DNA of 8,865 nt, taken from IMG/VR virus record IMGVR_UViG_2740892214_000003. One strand, written 5' to 3'. Under the pieces are notes generated by a model that was not told the origin of the DNA, searched no databases, and worked only from the letters and a program-made list of their open reading frames with translations. Position 1 is the first letter of the stretch. Each line of letters starts with the position of its first letter. This document shows positions 1 through 6,624 of this stretch, one piece after another. The DNA comes from a virus. Lineage: Duplodnaviria > Heunggongvirae > Uroviricota > Caudoviricetes. Position numbers and translations under genes: made by a program.

Positions 1-161
1 ATATGACAAGATGTGTATCTACCTTAACTTAATGATTTTGATAAAAATCATTAGGGGATTCATCAGTGCTCTACATTTTTATCCATAATAACCTCCCAAT
101 GAACAGGTATCATCAGGAGGTTATTATAAAATATGATTATTTACTTTGATTGAATTTATTA

Positions 162-533
162 CTATATGTAACAATCAATTTCTAAAGATACCCCCAACAT
201 TGCCAGACAACCGTCAATAAACCCTTCAGCTTTCTGCAGTCTGATAACAACCTGATTAAGTGATATCCCCAGTTTTACCCCCAACGCCCGTAATGTAACC
301 CCATACACATAATACATTTCCAGTAATTCGTATTGATACGGTTCCTTTTTCTTAAGAACTGTCATCGCAGAGCTAATGATCAGGCCATCGTCATCGCTAC
401 ATTGCGGGCGGGATTTTACTTTCGAAGGAATTAATCCCTTAAAACCTGCAGCAACAGATGACCATTCCACATCCTCGTGATTATTTGCCACCCATGCCCC
501 CCAACGTTCAAGAACCATTTGAATATCACGCAT
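162..533 (-). CDS. Phage antitermination protein Q (QuuD-like late-gene antiterminator)
   Basis: ORF-track protein from the internal ATG at 533 (MRDIQMVLERWGAWVANNHEDVEWSSVAAGFKGLI...KSRPQC...) matches my memory of Q proteins of E. coli lambdoid prophages. The track start at 548 is a TTG; the ATG at 531-533 has a GGAG 9 nt upstream on the minus strand. Stop TAG at 162-164. It is the last gene of the early-right train, as expected for Q. Confidence 0.8.
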   Translation of the reverse strand: MRDIQMVLERWGAWVANNHEDVEWSSVAAGFKGLIPSKVKSRPQCSDDDGLIISSAMTVLKKKEPYQYELLEMYYVYGVTLRALGVKLGISLNQVVIRLQKAEGFIDGCLAMLGVSLEIDCYI

Positions 534-550
534 CAACTTTCTCCACAAAA

Positions 551-1546
551 TCAGGCCAGCACGCCTATTGCCAGCGCACGATCGATAAAACGAAATATCA
601 GCTCCAGCTGGGAGCCATACTTCTCTTCAAATGCCACGGTATCCGCATGCAGCTCGTCGTGATGCTTTCTGCACAAAGGCAACACAAAAAGGTCATGCGC
701 TTTTGTAGCCATTCCACCCTGACCGTGACCTATCAGGTGGTGGGGATCATCAGCAGGCTTTCCACAACATGCACACGGCTGTGTCTTAACCCAGCGCGTG
801 TACTTTTCATTAACCCAGCGGCGACGTTTTGGGCGTAACATAAAAGACTCCGGCGACTCCGGATCCACTTTCAGCGCCAGCACCTTTTTCGCTTTATCCT
901 GGATGATGCTGGTGGCAGGAACCGAAGGCACAAGGTCACTTTCCCGGGTGACAGACGGCACAACAGGCTTCGGTAATCTCAGTGCCTTACGGGCTGCACT
1001 TTCCGGTAAGGCATCCGCCAGGTCATTACGAATCAGCCACCAGCACAGTTCCGGCATTGTCACAACGTGACTGTCATCAAAACCGAGATCCCGACGCACA
1101 ACAGACAACACCCAGCGGGTACAGTTATCCGTTGCCATTGATTCCAGTCGTTCCGTGAACTGATCGCGCAGCTGGTTATCGCAGTGCCAGCACAGACGGA
1201 TTGCGCCCGGCGCGTGTCGCATTGTTGTCATGTTCTCGCTGTGCCAGTCGGAATGAGGCCACTGGCAGCCTTTTTCACGAAGTAACCAGCTTTCAAGACA
1301 TTCCACGCCACCAGCACGACGGATCACTGCCTCATTGCGGAACACGGCCCGAACGGCAGGATCATCCGCCAGCGGTTGTGATGCCGCCGGAACGGCACCA
1401 CTGGCGAAAGATGAATAACGTTCCGGCTCAGGCTCCAGCAGGACACGCCCCTGCATAAACAGGGGCATCAGCTCTGAACCTGGCCTGAACAATACGATCC
1501 CCATACGCGGGGCAATTTCAGGGGTCAGTAGCGCTCTCACGGTCAC
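551..1546 (-). CDS. DUF968/YdfU-like prophage protein with a C-terminal Cys/His (HNH-like, probable zinc-binding) region
   Basis: 331-codon open frame. C-terminal segment ...QPCACCGKPADDPHHLIGHGQGG...LPLCRKHHDELH... has paired Cys and His typical of the DUF968/NinG-like prophage proteins found just upstream of Q. The start is uncertain: the codon at 1544-1546 is GTG, a second GTG lies at 1538-1540 and the first ATG is at 1502-1504. The upstream gene stops at 1548-1550. Confidence 0.65.
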   Translation of the reverse strand: MTVRALLTPEIAPRMGIVLFRPGSELMPLFMQGRVLLEPEPERYSSFASGAVPAASQPLADDPAVRAVFRNEAVIRRAGGVECLESWLLREKGCQWPHSDWHSENMTTMRHAPGAIRLCWHCDNQLRDQFTERLESMATDNCTRWVLSVVRRDLGFDDSHVVTMPELCWWLIRNDLADALPESAARKALRLPKPVVPSVTRESDLVPSVPATSIIQDKAKKVLALKVDPESPESFMLRPKRRRWVNEKYTRWVKTQPCACCGKPADDPHHLIGHGQGGMATKAHDLFVLPLCRKHHDELHADTVAFEEKYGSQLELIFRFIDRALAIGVLA

Positions 1547-1547
1547 C

Positions 1548-2378
1548 TCAATGAACGGTATCGAGCAGCTTTAACAGCTCAGGGAACCGGGATTCGAAGA
1601 AATGCGGCTGCGTCTCGCGCGGATTTGCGGGACTGGTGATGTTCTTGCCGAACATGCAGCCTTTCGCTGTCAGCGACCAGAATTTTTTGATGTTGTTAAT
1701 CGCAGTGCGGCTGTATCGTTCACGTTGTTCAACGATCCCCAGCTTCGCCATCTGGTGATATGCCTGATTAGCTGTCAGGCGGATACCATACTGCTTCAGC
1801 AGTGCACTCAGTGACAGCGTGGGGCGGCTTGAGCCATCAGGCGCGTCAGCAGGAGCATCAATGGCATAGCGCGGTGCCAGATTCGGTAAGCCAACAGCCT
1901 CCTGGAGTTTCTGACAGGCACCAAGCACTGAAGAGTTAGACAGGTTTAATTCCCGGCGCATAAAGTCCAGCAGAATCACACCAGCCTGCATCTTGTCAGC
2001 AGCCTGTCCGGATAATTTTTCCGGTGCGCTGGTTACCATGTCGAAAGTACGGATCACCTTCAGATGGAATGACGGGCTNNNNNNNNNNNNNNNNNNNNNN
2101 NNNNNNNNNNNNNNNNNNNNNNNNNNNNNNNNNNNNNNNNNNNNNNNNNNNNNNNNNNNNNNNNNNNNNNNNNNNNNNNNNNNNNNNNNNNNNNNNNNNN
2201 NNNNNNNNNNNNNNNNNNNNNNNNNNNNNNNNNNNNNNNNNNNNNNNNNNNNNNNNNNNNNNNNNNNNNNNNNNNNNNNNNNNNNNGCTACTGCTGCGCG
2301 ATGCAGATCGTTCAGGCTGTAACGCCCATAAGCATCACGACGAACTTCAATACCATCAATGACCATCAGATTATTCAT
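1548..2378 (-). CDS. KilA-N domain protein (prophage antirepressor-like); central part masked by N
   Basis: N-terminus MNNLMVIDGIEVRRDAYGRYSLNDLHRAA is the characteristic start of KilA-N domain proteins. ATG at 2376-2378 with an AGGAG about 9 nt upstream on the minus strand. The reading frame stays continuous across the N run (2079-2286). The C-terminal 170 aa is an unrecognised domain. Confidence 0.7.
   Translation of the reverse strand: MNNLMVIDGIEVRRDAYGRYSLNDLHRAAVXXXXXXXXXXXXXXXXXXXXXXXXXXXXXXXXXXXXXXXXXXXXXXXXXXXXXXXXXXXXXXXXXXXXXXSPSFHLKVIRTFDMVTSAPEKLSGQAADKMQAGVILLDFMRRELNLSNSSVLGACQKLQEAVGLPNLAPRYAIDAPADAPDGSSRPTLSLSALLKQYGIRLTANQAYHQMAKLGIVEQRERYSRTAINNIKKFWSLTAKGCMFGKNITSPANPRETQPHFFESRFPELLKLLDTVH
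2079..2286. other. Run of 208 N (masked or unresolved sequence) inside the KilA-N CDS
   Basis: Literal n characters in the sequence; the flanking codons remain in frame. Confidence 1.
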
Positions 2379-2397
2379 ACTTCGTTTCTCCTCTTAA

Positions 2398-2787
2398 TCA
2401 GGCGGCTGCACCCGCCGTTTTCTCGTACTTACTGATAGTGATCTCGACCTTCCCTTTCGGGATAACCGGTCCCCACTCCACCAGCATTCTTTTCACCTGT
2501 CTGTCGTCTTCCCACACACCCGCGTGGGTCAGGGCGTCAAACAGCGCCTTGTTATAGTTGTCCAGATCACGGATCCGGTTATCCGGCGGAAACAACACGA
2601 TCTCCACTGAAGCAGGTGCCGACGTTGGTTTCGGCAGACGACGTAACTGCTCAACTATTGCTGCGCACGCCGCGCTCTGAAATTTTCGCCCCGCCTCGCT
2701 TATCAGGCTCTTACCAGCAAATGCCCCTTTGTTGGGGTGTCGCCAGTACGTGTTCACACTGGGCGGGAAAGGAAGGATCAACTTCAT
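2398..2787 (-). CDS. rusA: Crossover junction endodeoxyribonuclease RusA (Holliday junction resolvase)
   Basis: Protein MKLILPFPPSVNTYWRH...RDLDNYNKALFDALTHAGVWEDDRQV... aligns by eye with E. coli RusA (ITLPWPPSNNRYYRH...[26 protein letters not shown]). ATG at 2785-2787 overlaps the upstream stop (ATGA). Confidence 0.85.
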   Translation of the reverse strand: MKLILPFPPSVNTYWRHPNKGAFAGKSLISEAGRKFQSAACAAIVEQLRRLPKPTSAPASVEIVLFPPDNRIRDLDNYNKALFDALTHAGVWEDDRQVKRMLVEWGPVIPKGKVEITISKYEKTAGAAA

Positions 2788-3110
2788 ACTTTCAGGCCCC
2801 TCTCATGTAACCAGTGGGCTGCACGCAACCTGGCGCTCTCCTCACCGGCAAGCAGTGCGCGGATGATACCGACCGCTTCGCTGTCGTCGTCCTTCACTGC
2901 GGTATGAAGCGTGATCCCCCGGGCCACGCCACGCTTTATCGTGATGACGCCTTTTTTCTCCAGTGCGCGAAGATGCTCCACCGCTGCATTCACTGAACGG
3001 TATCCCAGCATGGTTGCCACCTCCTGATTGGTTGGCGGAAAGCCACGCTCTTGCTGGTAAGAAATCAGCATATCCAGCACCTGCTGCTGGCATTGAGTTA
3101 ACGTCGTCAT
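2784..3110 (-). CDS. LexA N-terminal DNA-binding-domain-like protein lacking the S24 peptidase domain
   Basis: N-terminal 70 aa (MTTLTQCQQQVLDMLISYQQERGFPPTNQEVATMLGYRSVNAAVEHLRALEKKGVITIKRGVARGITL) parallels the LexA winged-helix domain ([58 protein letters not shown]...GASRGIRL). The protein ends after 108 aa with no Ala-Gly cleavage site or Ser/Lys peptidase core. ATGA overlaps on both sides. Confidence 0.7.
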   Translation of the reverse strand: MTTLTQCQQQVLDMLISYQQERGFPPTNQEVATMLGYRSVNAAVEHLRALEKKGVITIKRGVARGITLHTAVKDDDSEAVGIIRALLAGEESARLRAAHWLHERGLKV

Positions 3111-3760
3111 GCCGCCATCTCCCTGACAAGTTTTTCTGCCTGCTGGCGAACCTGCGCCAGAAACGCCTCACCACATGCCTCAAGTTCATCGCGCCCGATG
3201 TAGCTGATTGCCGGTCCCTTCCAGGTCTTGTCGAAAACAGCAATAGCACCAGCGAAGAAAGCGCCTGTCGGCACCTGCTTCTCGTCCTTCGGGATAAACC
3301 AGGCTGGCAGTTCAAAACCAATACGCCCGCGAATAAAAGCAATATGGTCTGCATCTTCCGGCCACCACACTTCGCTGGTGGCAGCTTTGATCAGGAAAAC
3401 ATAGCGCCCGCCTTTATCACGCATAGCACTGGCATGTTTCATGATGTAACGCATGCCGGTGATGTATTGCCCCTCATGCTGACTGGCGCGGCTGTACGGG
3501 GGATTACCAAAGGCAGCACCTTTAAGCTCCGCAAGACGTTCTGACCAGTCATGCGCCAGCGCGTTGTCTTCCGCAGTGTAATAAGCGGCACATTTGGCGT
3601 TATCACCATCAGTGAACAGATCCAGAACAAACGGGCCAAACAGGGTGTTAATTCCCCAGAAAATGTTGTCCGGCGTGCGCCACTGATCGCCCACTTCCTT
3701 CAGTTCATGGGCTGGTTTGTTCCGCAGTTCCACCAGCGCCTGGCAATATTTATTACTCAT
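3107..3760 (-). CDS. Phage DNA N6-adenine methyltransferase (Dam-like, orphan)
   Basis: Motifs WRTP, FGNPPYS (the NPPY catalytic motif) and the FIRGRIGF region are typical of the phage Dam family. The ATG at 3758-3760 overlaps the upstream stop (TAATG); the track start at 3793 is a GTG and would overlap the upstream gene by 33 nt, so it is less likely. Confidence 0.85.
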   Translation of the reverse strand: MSNKYCQALVELRNKPAHELKEVGDQWRTPDNIFWGINTLFGPFVLDLFTDGDNAKCAAYYTAEDNALAHDWSERLAELKGAAFGNPPYSRASQHEGQYITGMRYIMKHASAMRDKGGRYVFLIKAATSEVWWPEDADHIAFIRGRIGFELPAWFIPKDEKQVPTGAFFAGAIAVFDKTWKGPAISYIGRDELEACGEAFLAQVRQQAEKLVREMAA

Positions 3761-4248
3761 TAAGCCCCCACGTAATTCCCTGATAGATACCACTCTTCAC
3801 CTGATGCAGCGCGCTTGCTGCTTTTCCGTAAGCACCGCTCACGACGCGCCAGAAAATTGTTTCGTTCTGGCTGGGAGTGGCTTTCACGGAATGCCGCCAT
3901 CCACACGGTTGCAGCACGACGGTATAAGCCCCTTGACTCCAGTTCTTCAGCCTGGCGGGTCAGGCACAAAATCACCCGGGGATCGTTAGTGCCGACATAG
4001 AAATTGCGCACAGGTCTGGTTTCACGAACTGGTTGTGGTTCCGGCTCCTGCGCTCTCTCAGTCAGGCGTGGGAAATGTCTGCGTGTATCTCCTTCACAAC
4101 GGTGAGCCACACGCCCACTCTGACGTAACTTGCTTGCAGACTGCAGAACGCGCTGCCGTGAGTAACCTGCAAAAGCATCCGCAATGTCTCCGGAAGTACA
4201 CCCCGGATGGGCTTCAATGAATTTCTGAACTTCATTCAAAAGACTCAT
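3760..4248 (-). CDS. Putative regulatory protein with an N-terminal wHTH-like region and a PerC/ANR-like C-terminal motif
   Basis: Open frame coupled to both neighbours. The first ATG is at 4246-4248 (MSLLNEVQKF...); the track start at 4254 is a GTG. The C-terminal segment LTRQAEELESRGLYRRAATVWMAAF resembles, from memory, the conserved helix of PerC/ANR-family activators. The family assignment is tentative. Confidence 0.55.
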   Translation of the reverse strand: MSLLNEVQKFIEAHPGCTSGDIADAFAGYSRQRVLQSASKLRQSGRVAHRCEGDTRRHFPRLTERAQEPEPQPVRETRPVRNFYVGTNDPRVILCLTRQAEELESRGLYRRAATVWMAAFRESHSQPERNNFLARRERCLRKSSKRAASGEEWYLSGNYVGA

Positions 4249-4250
4249 GA

Positions 4251-5243
4251 TCACCCCCTGAATCCTACCGGGATCTGGCTGTAGTCCACGTTGTCGTAAC
4301 TGGCTTTGAAGTACGGGTCTTCACGTTTTTCTGTGTGCGTGCTGACGGACGGCGATAAGCGCAGGGAAAGCTCATCCCATTTTTCCCGCAACTTCGACGG
4401 GCTGAGCACGTTACGGCACCAGAACGGATCACGGCTGACGCGGCTGTACATCTCGCAGATTTGTTTGTGAGTACGACCATCCTGCACACACATCAGGCGA
4501 ATTTCGTTTGCCCATGCTGTCCAGTTCGGTTCTTTGGGACGAACCACCTCGCCGTCACATTCGGCGGCCTGCTCGTACAGGGCGATGATTTTTTTCCAGA
4601 GCCACTGTGCGCAGGTCAAATCATCCTGCGTTCCCCACTGGCGCTTTTTAGGGCTGAATACAACCGCATCAGGATGGCGAGTTAAAAACTCCTGTTCAGC
4701 CGTTTGCGTGTCCGGTTGCGAAGCGTCCGGACGAGAAGAGGTTTTATTCTCTGTAGTAATCTCTGTTGTATTCTCTGTAAGATCATTGGGCCATTTTGAC
4801 CCGATGACAGCGTGTCGTTTTGAACCAATGGATCGTGTCATTTTGCGCCCATCCATCAGGTCACTTTGACCCGATGGAGAAGTGCATTTTGACCTGATGG
4901 ATTCGTTCACTTTGACCTCTTCTAAAAGCTCACTTTCATAGTTGATCGTGTAGAAGTTGGTCATGTCACGCTTCGATTTATTGAGTTGCTCGCGACGCAA
5001 AACCCCAAGTGATTTCAGGCTTGCAAATGTGCGTTTCAGAGTGGACTCTGACCAGAACGGAAACTGCTCCAGCCACTGTTCTGTCGTGTTATAAACCCAG
5101 CGAATTCCGCCATGCTCAGTGCCTGAATTCGTTTCATTCAGCCAGTAATGAAGCTGCTGCAACACAATTGCCTCATTCAGACCAATACGGCATGCAAGAT
5201 CACGATTTATCACAATGGGCTGGGATGTCATTAACAGACTCAT
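4251..5243 (-). CDS. O-like replication initiator (replisome organiser) with the origin iterons inside its coding sequence
   Basis: 330-aa ORF; the N-terminal region (INRDLACRIGLNEAIVLQQLHYWLNE...) resembles phage replication-initiator wHTH domains. Six iterons of about 17 bp lie in the middle of the gene, as in lambda O. ATG at 5241-5243 overlaps the upstream stop (ATGA). Confidence 0.75.
   Translation of the reverse strand: MSLLMTSQPIVINRDLACRIGLNEAIVLQQLHYWLNETNSGTEHGGIRWVYNTTEQWLEQFPFWSESTLKRTFASLKSLGVLRREQLNKSKRDMTNFYTINYESELLEEVKVNESIRSKCTSPSGQSDLMDGRKMTRSIGSKRHAVIGSKWPNDLTENTTEITTENKTSSRPDASQPDTQTAEQEFLTRHPDAVVFSPKKRQWGTQDDLTCAQWLWKKIIALYEQAAECDGEVVRPKEPNWTAWANEIRLMCVQDGRTHKQICEMYSRVSRDPFWCRNVLSPSKLREKWDELSLRLSPSVSTHTEKREDPYFKASYDNVDYSQIPVGFRG
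4746..4782. repeat. Three tandem 11-12 bp repeats (TCTCTGTNGTA) flanking the iterons
   Basis: attctctgtagtaa / tctctgttgta / ttctctgtaaga read directly from the sequence; they encode the TEN/TEI/TEN repeat in the initiator linker. Confidence 0.6.
4793..4922. repeat. Replication-origin iterons: six direct repeats with consensus CAYTTTGACCYGATGGA at 22-24 bp spacing
   Basis: Repeats start at about 4793, 4815, 4839, 4862, 4885 and 4908 (cattttgacccgatga / cgttttgaaccaatgga / cattttgcgcccatcca / cactttgacccgatgga / cattttgacctgatgga / cactttgacctc). The spacing of roughly two helical turns is typical of initiator-binding iterons. Confidence 0.7.
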
Positions 5244-5464
5244 GCCGCACCTCCGAGATGCTTCATGTTTTTTCCGGAGCGAAAGGCTATAAGCGGCATA
5301 CTGACGCGGTAATTACGACCCAGCGGTTCACAAATCACCTTCTGACATTCACGGTCCACCAGGCTAACACGTAGAACATGCCCTGCAGGCGTGGTGTACC
5401 ACTGACCGGGGCGAGGACAACGGAAAGTCTGATTGGTAAATCGTTTGAAAATATTCCGGATCAT
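5240..5464 (-). CDS. Hypothetical small basic protein (74 aa)
   Basis: ATG at 5462-5464 overlaps the Rha-ORF stop and its own stop overlaps the O-like ATG (ATGA both sides), which argues that it is translated. No family recognised. Confidence 0.5.
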   Translation of the reverse strand: MIRNIFKRFTNQTFRCPRPGQWYTTPAGHVLRVSLVDRECQKVICEPLGRNYRVSMPLIAFRSGKNMKHLGGAA

Positions 5465-6624
5465 TTGCGCCCCCTTACCTCTGAAGAGTTCAGCGACGAA
5501 TGAATAAGACGGGCAAGAAATGCCGCATCGTTAATTCGGTCATACAGACTTACAGCCAGAGGTGATTCAGCTTTTTCCAGCATGGGATAAAGCTGCTGCA
5601 ACCAGACCTGATGAATTGATGAAATGTAGGAATAGAGAACACTGGCGTTATGTGCAACGTCGCTCGGTACAGCGGGCTTTGAAAGCTGTTTCTCCATCTG
5701 GTTAAAGGCATTGATGTATGCCTCTTTGCACTGGGCAGCACGTTTACCCGTGAAACCCATAGCAAGAAACGCAAAGCCATCGCGGGTTATTTGATAGCAA
5801 GGTAGTTTGCGAGTACCGCCGTTGGGCTGGCGTACCAAAATTGATGTCTCCGCAAAATTGCGGGCACAAAACTCTGGAGAACAATCCAAAATGCGAATCT
5901 TTTTCAGAACATCGTCATGACGTTTAGAGAAGAAGTCAGCAACAGCCAAAGAAGATGTAACAGCCTGACCATCAACGATGGCAATTTCAGGTTGAGAGAG
6001 GGTTGGGAGAGTAGTCATAGTGACAGCCCCGGTAGTCAGTTTTTTAGAAAACTCACCACATGGGACGCCAATCACAGAGGTGGTGAGACGTACAGGGTTG
6101 GCGTTACCGGAGACTACCGAACCCGGCCCGACCGAAGTCGGCCCTGTACGCCCCACCATAATTTGGGCGTAGCAATGCTCATGACACGAAAAAACCGCAT
6201 GAGCGCGGTTATGCTCAGTAATCAATTTCAGGACGCCAATCCCGGCACCCGCTTTATAAGGTGCCTGAACAGTGTAACGTCCCGGAATGGCAGAATCAAT
6301 GTGCTGGTGGTCCTTCACACTCAACAAAATCACGCCTGAATTTCCACAAAGGACTAAAGCACTCATGCGGGTAGTCTTTGCGAAGATAGATAACGCGCTG
6401 TGTTTCTGGCTCCCAACGAATAACATGGACATAAAGCCCTCTTCCATCACGAAACCAGCGGTTAAGTTCCTGCACAACTCGCCCCCCACAGTCAGGTAAA
6501 GTTCTCTGTGGTTACTTACAGCCAGGTGATTTGGTAATCTGCATTCATGCCGTAACAACAGGTGTTCAGCGACACTGACCACCAGCTGTTGCGACAAACG
6601 GTTATTTGCCGTTAAACTGTTCAT
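5461..6624 (-). CDS. Rha-family phage regulatory protein carrying an unrecognised N-terminal extension of about 200 aa
   Basis: Residues about 215-311 (IAIVDGQAVTSSLAVADFFSKRHDDVLKKIRIL...RKLPCYQITRDGFAFLAMGFTGKRAAQCKEAYINAFNQME) match the pRha domain pattern. The same frame stays open for a further 606 nt upstream, to an ATG at 6622-6624 that overlaps the CII-like stop (ATGA). An alternative internal start is the ATG at 6016-6018 (MTTLPTL...). Confidence 0.6.
   Translation of the reverse strand: MNSLTANNRLSQQLVVSVAEHLLLRHECRLPNHLAVSNHRELYLTVGGELCRNLTAGFVMEEGFMSMLFVGSQKHSALSIFAKTTRMSALVLCGNSGVILLSVKDHQHIDSAIPGRYTVQAPYKAGAGIGVLKLITEHNRAHAVFSCHEHCYAQIMVGRTGPTSVGPGSVVSGNANPVRLTTSVIGVPCGEFSKKLTTGAVTMTTLPTLSQPEIAIVDGQAVTSSLAVADFFSKRHDDVLKKIRILDCSPEFCARNFAETSILVRQPNGGTRKLPCYQITRDGFAFLAMGFTGKRAAQCKEAYINAFNQMEKQLSKPAVPSDVAHNASVLYSYISSIHQVWLQQLYPMLEKAESPLAVSLYDRINDAAFLARLIHSSLNSSEVRGRK

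Noticed and set aside
30-53. Perfect 10-bp stem palindrome TAATGATTTT-gata-AAAATCATTA considered as an intrinsic terminator
   Set aside because: The stem is almost entirely A-T and there is no U-tract after it on either strand, so a protein-binding site is more likely than a terminator.
63-86. Seven-codon ORF (MDKNVEH) with a strong SD, followed by a coupled 14-codon ORF, on the minus strand
   Set aside because: Both are too short to support as genes from sequence alone; the SD is more plausibly part of the hairpin structure.
458-1458. Plus-strand ORFs 458-838, 477-662, 798-1070 and 1201-1458
   Set aside because: They lie entirely antisense to the coupled minus-strand Q and DUF968-like genes, have no recognisable ribosome-binding site or family resemblance, and are typical shadow ORFs of GC-rich coding DNA.
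1602-2362. Plus-strand ORFs 1602-1814, 1993-2322 and 2024-2362
   Set aside because: They are antisense to the KilA-N gene, and two of them are open mainly because they span the N run.
2616-4254. Overlapping alternative-frame ORFs (2616-2810, 2814-2996, 2842-3354, 2963-3544, 3439-3639, 3551-3763, 3717-3989, 3815-4000, 4035-4220)
   Set aside because: Each overlaps a gene with strong family support (RusA, LexA-like, Dam) or the coupled PerC-like ORF; none has start-site support.
4265-6499. Alternative-frame ORFs within the O-like and Rha regions (4265-4489, 4461-4685, 4534-4869, 5009-5374, 5550-5780, 5917-6339, 6287-6499)
   Set aside because: They are shadow ORFs in or opposite the better-supported frames. 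The 140-aa plus-strand ORF 5917-6339 was considered as an alternative to the Rha N-terminal extension, but it lacks coupling and the minus-frame ATGA overlap at 6621-6624 favours the minus-strand reading.
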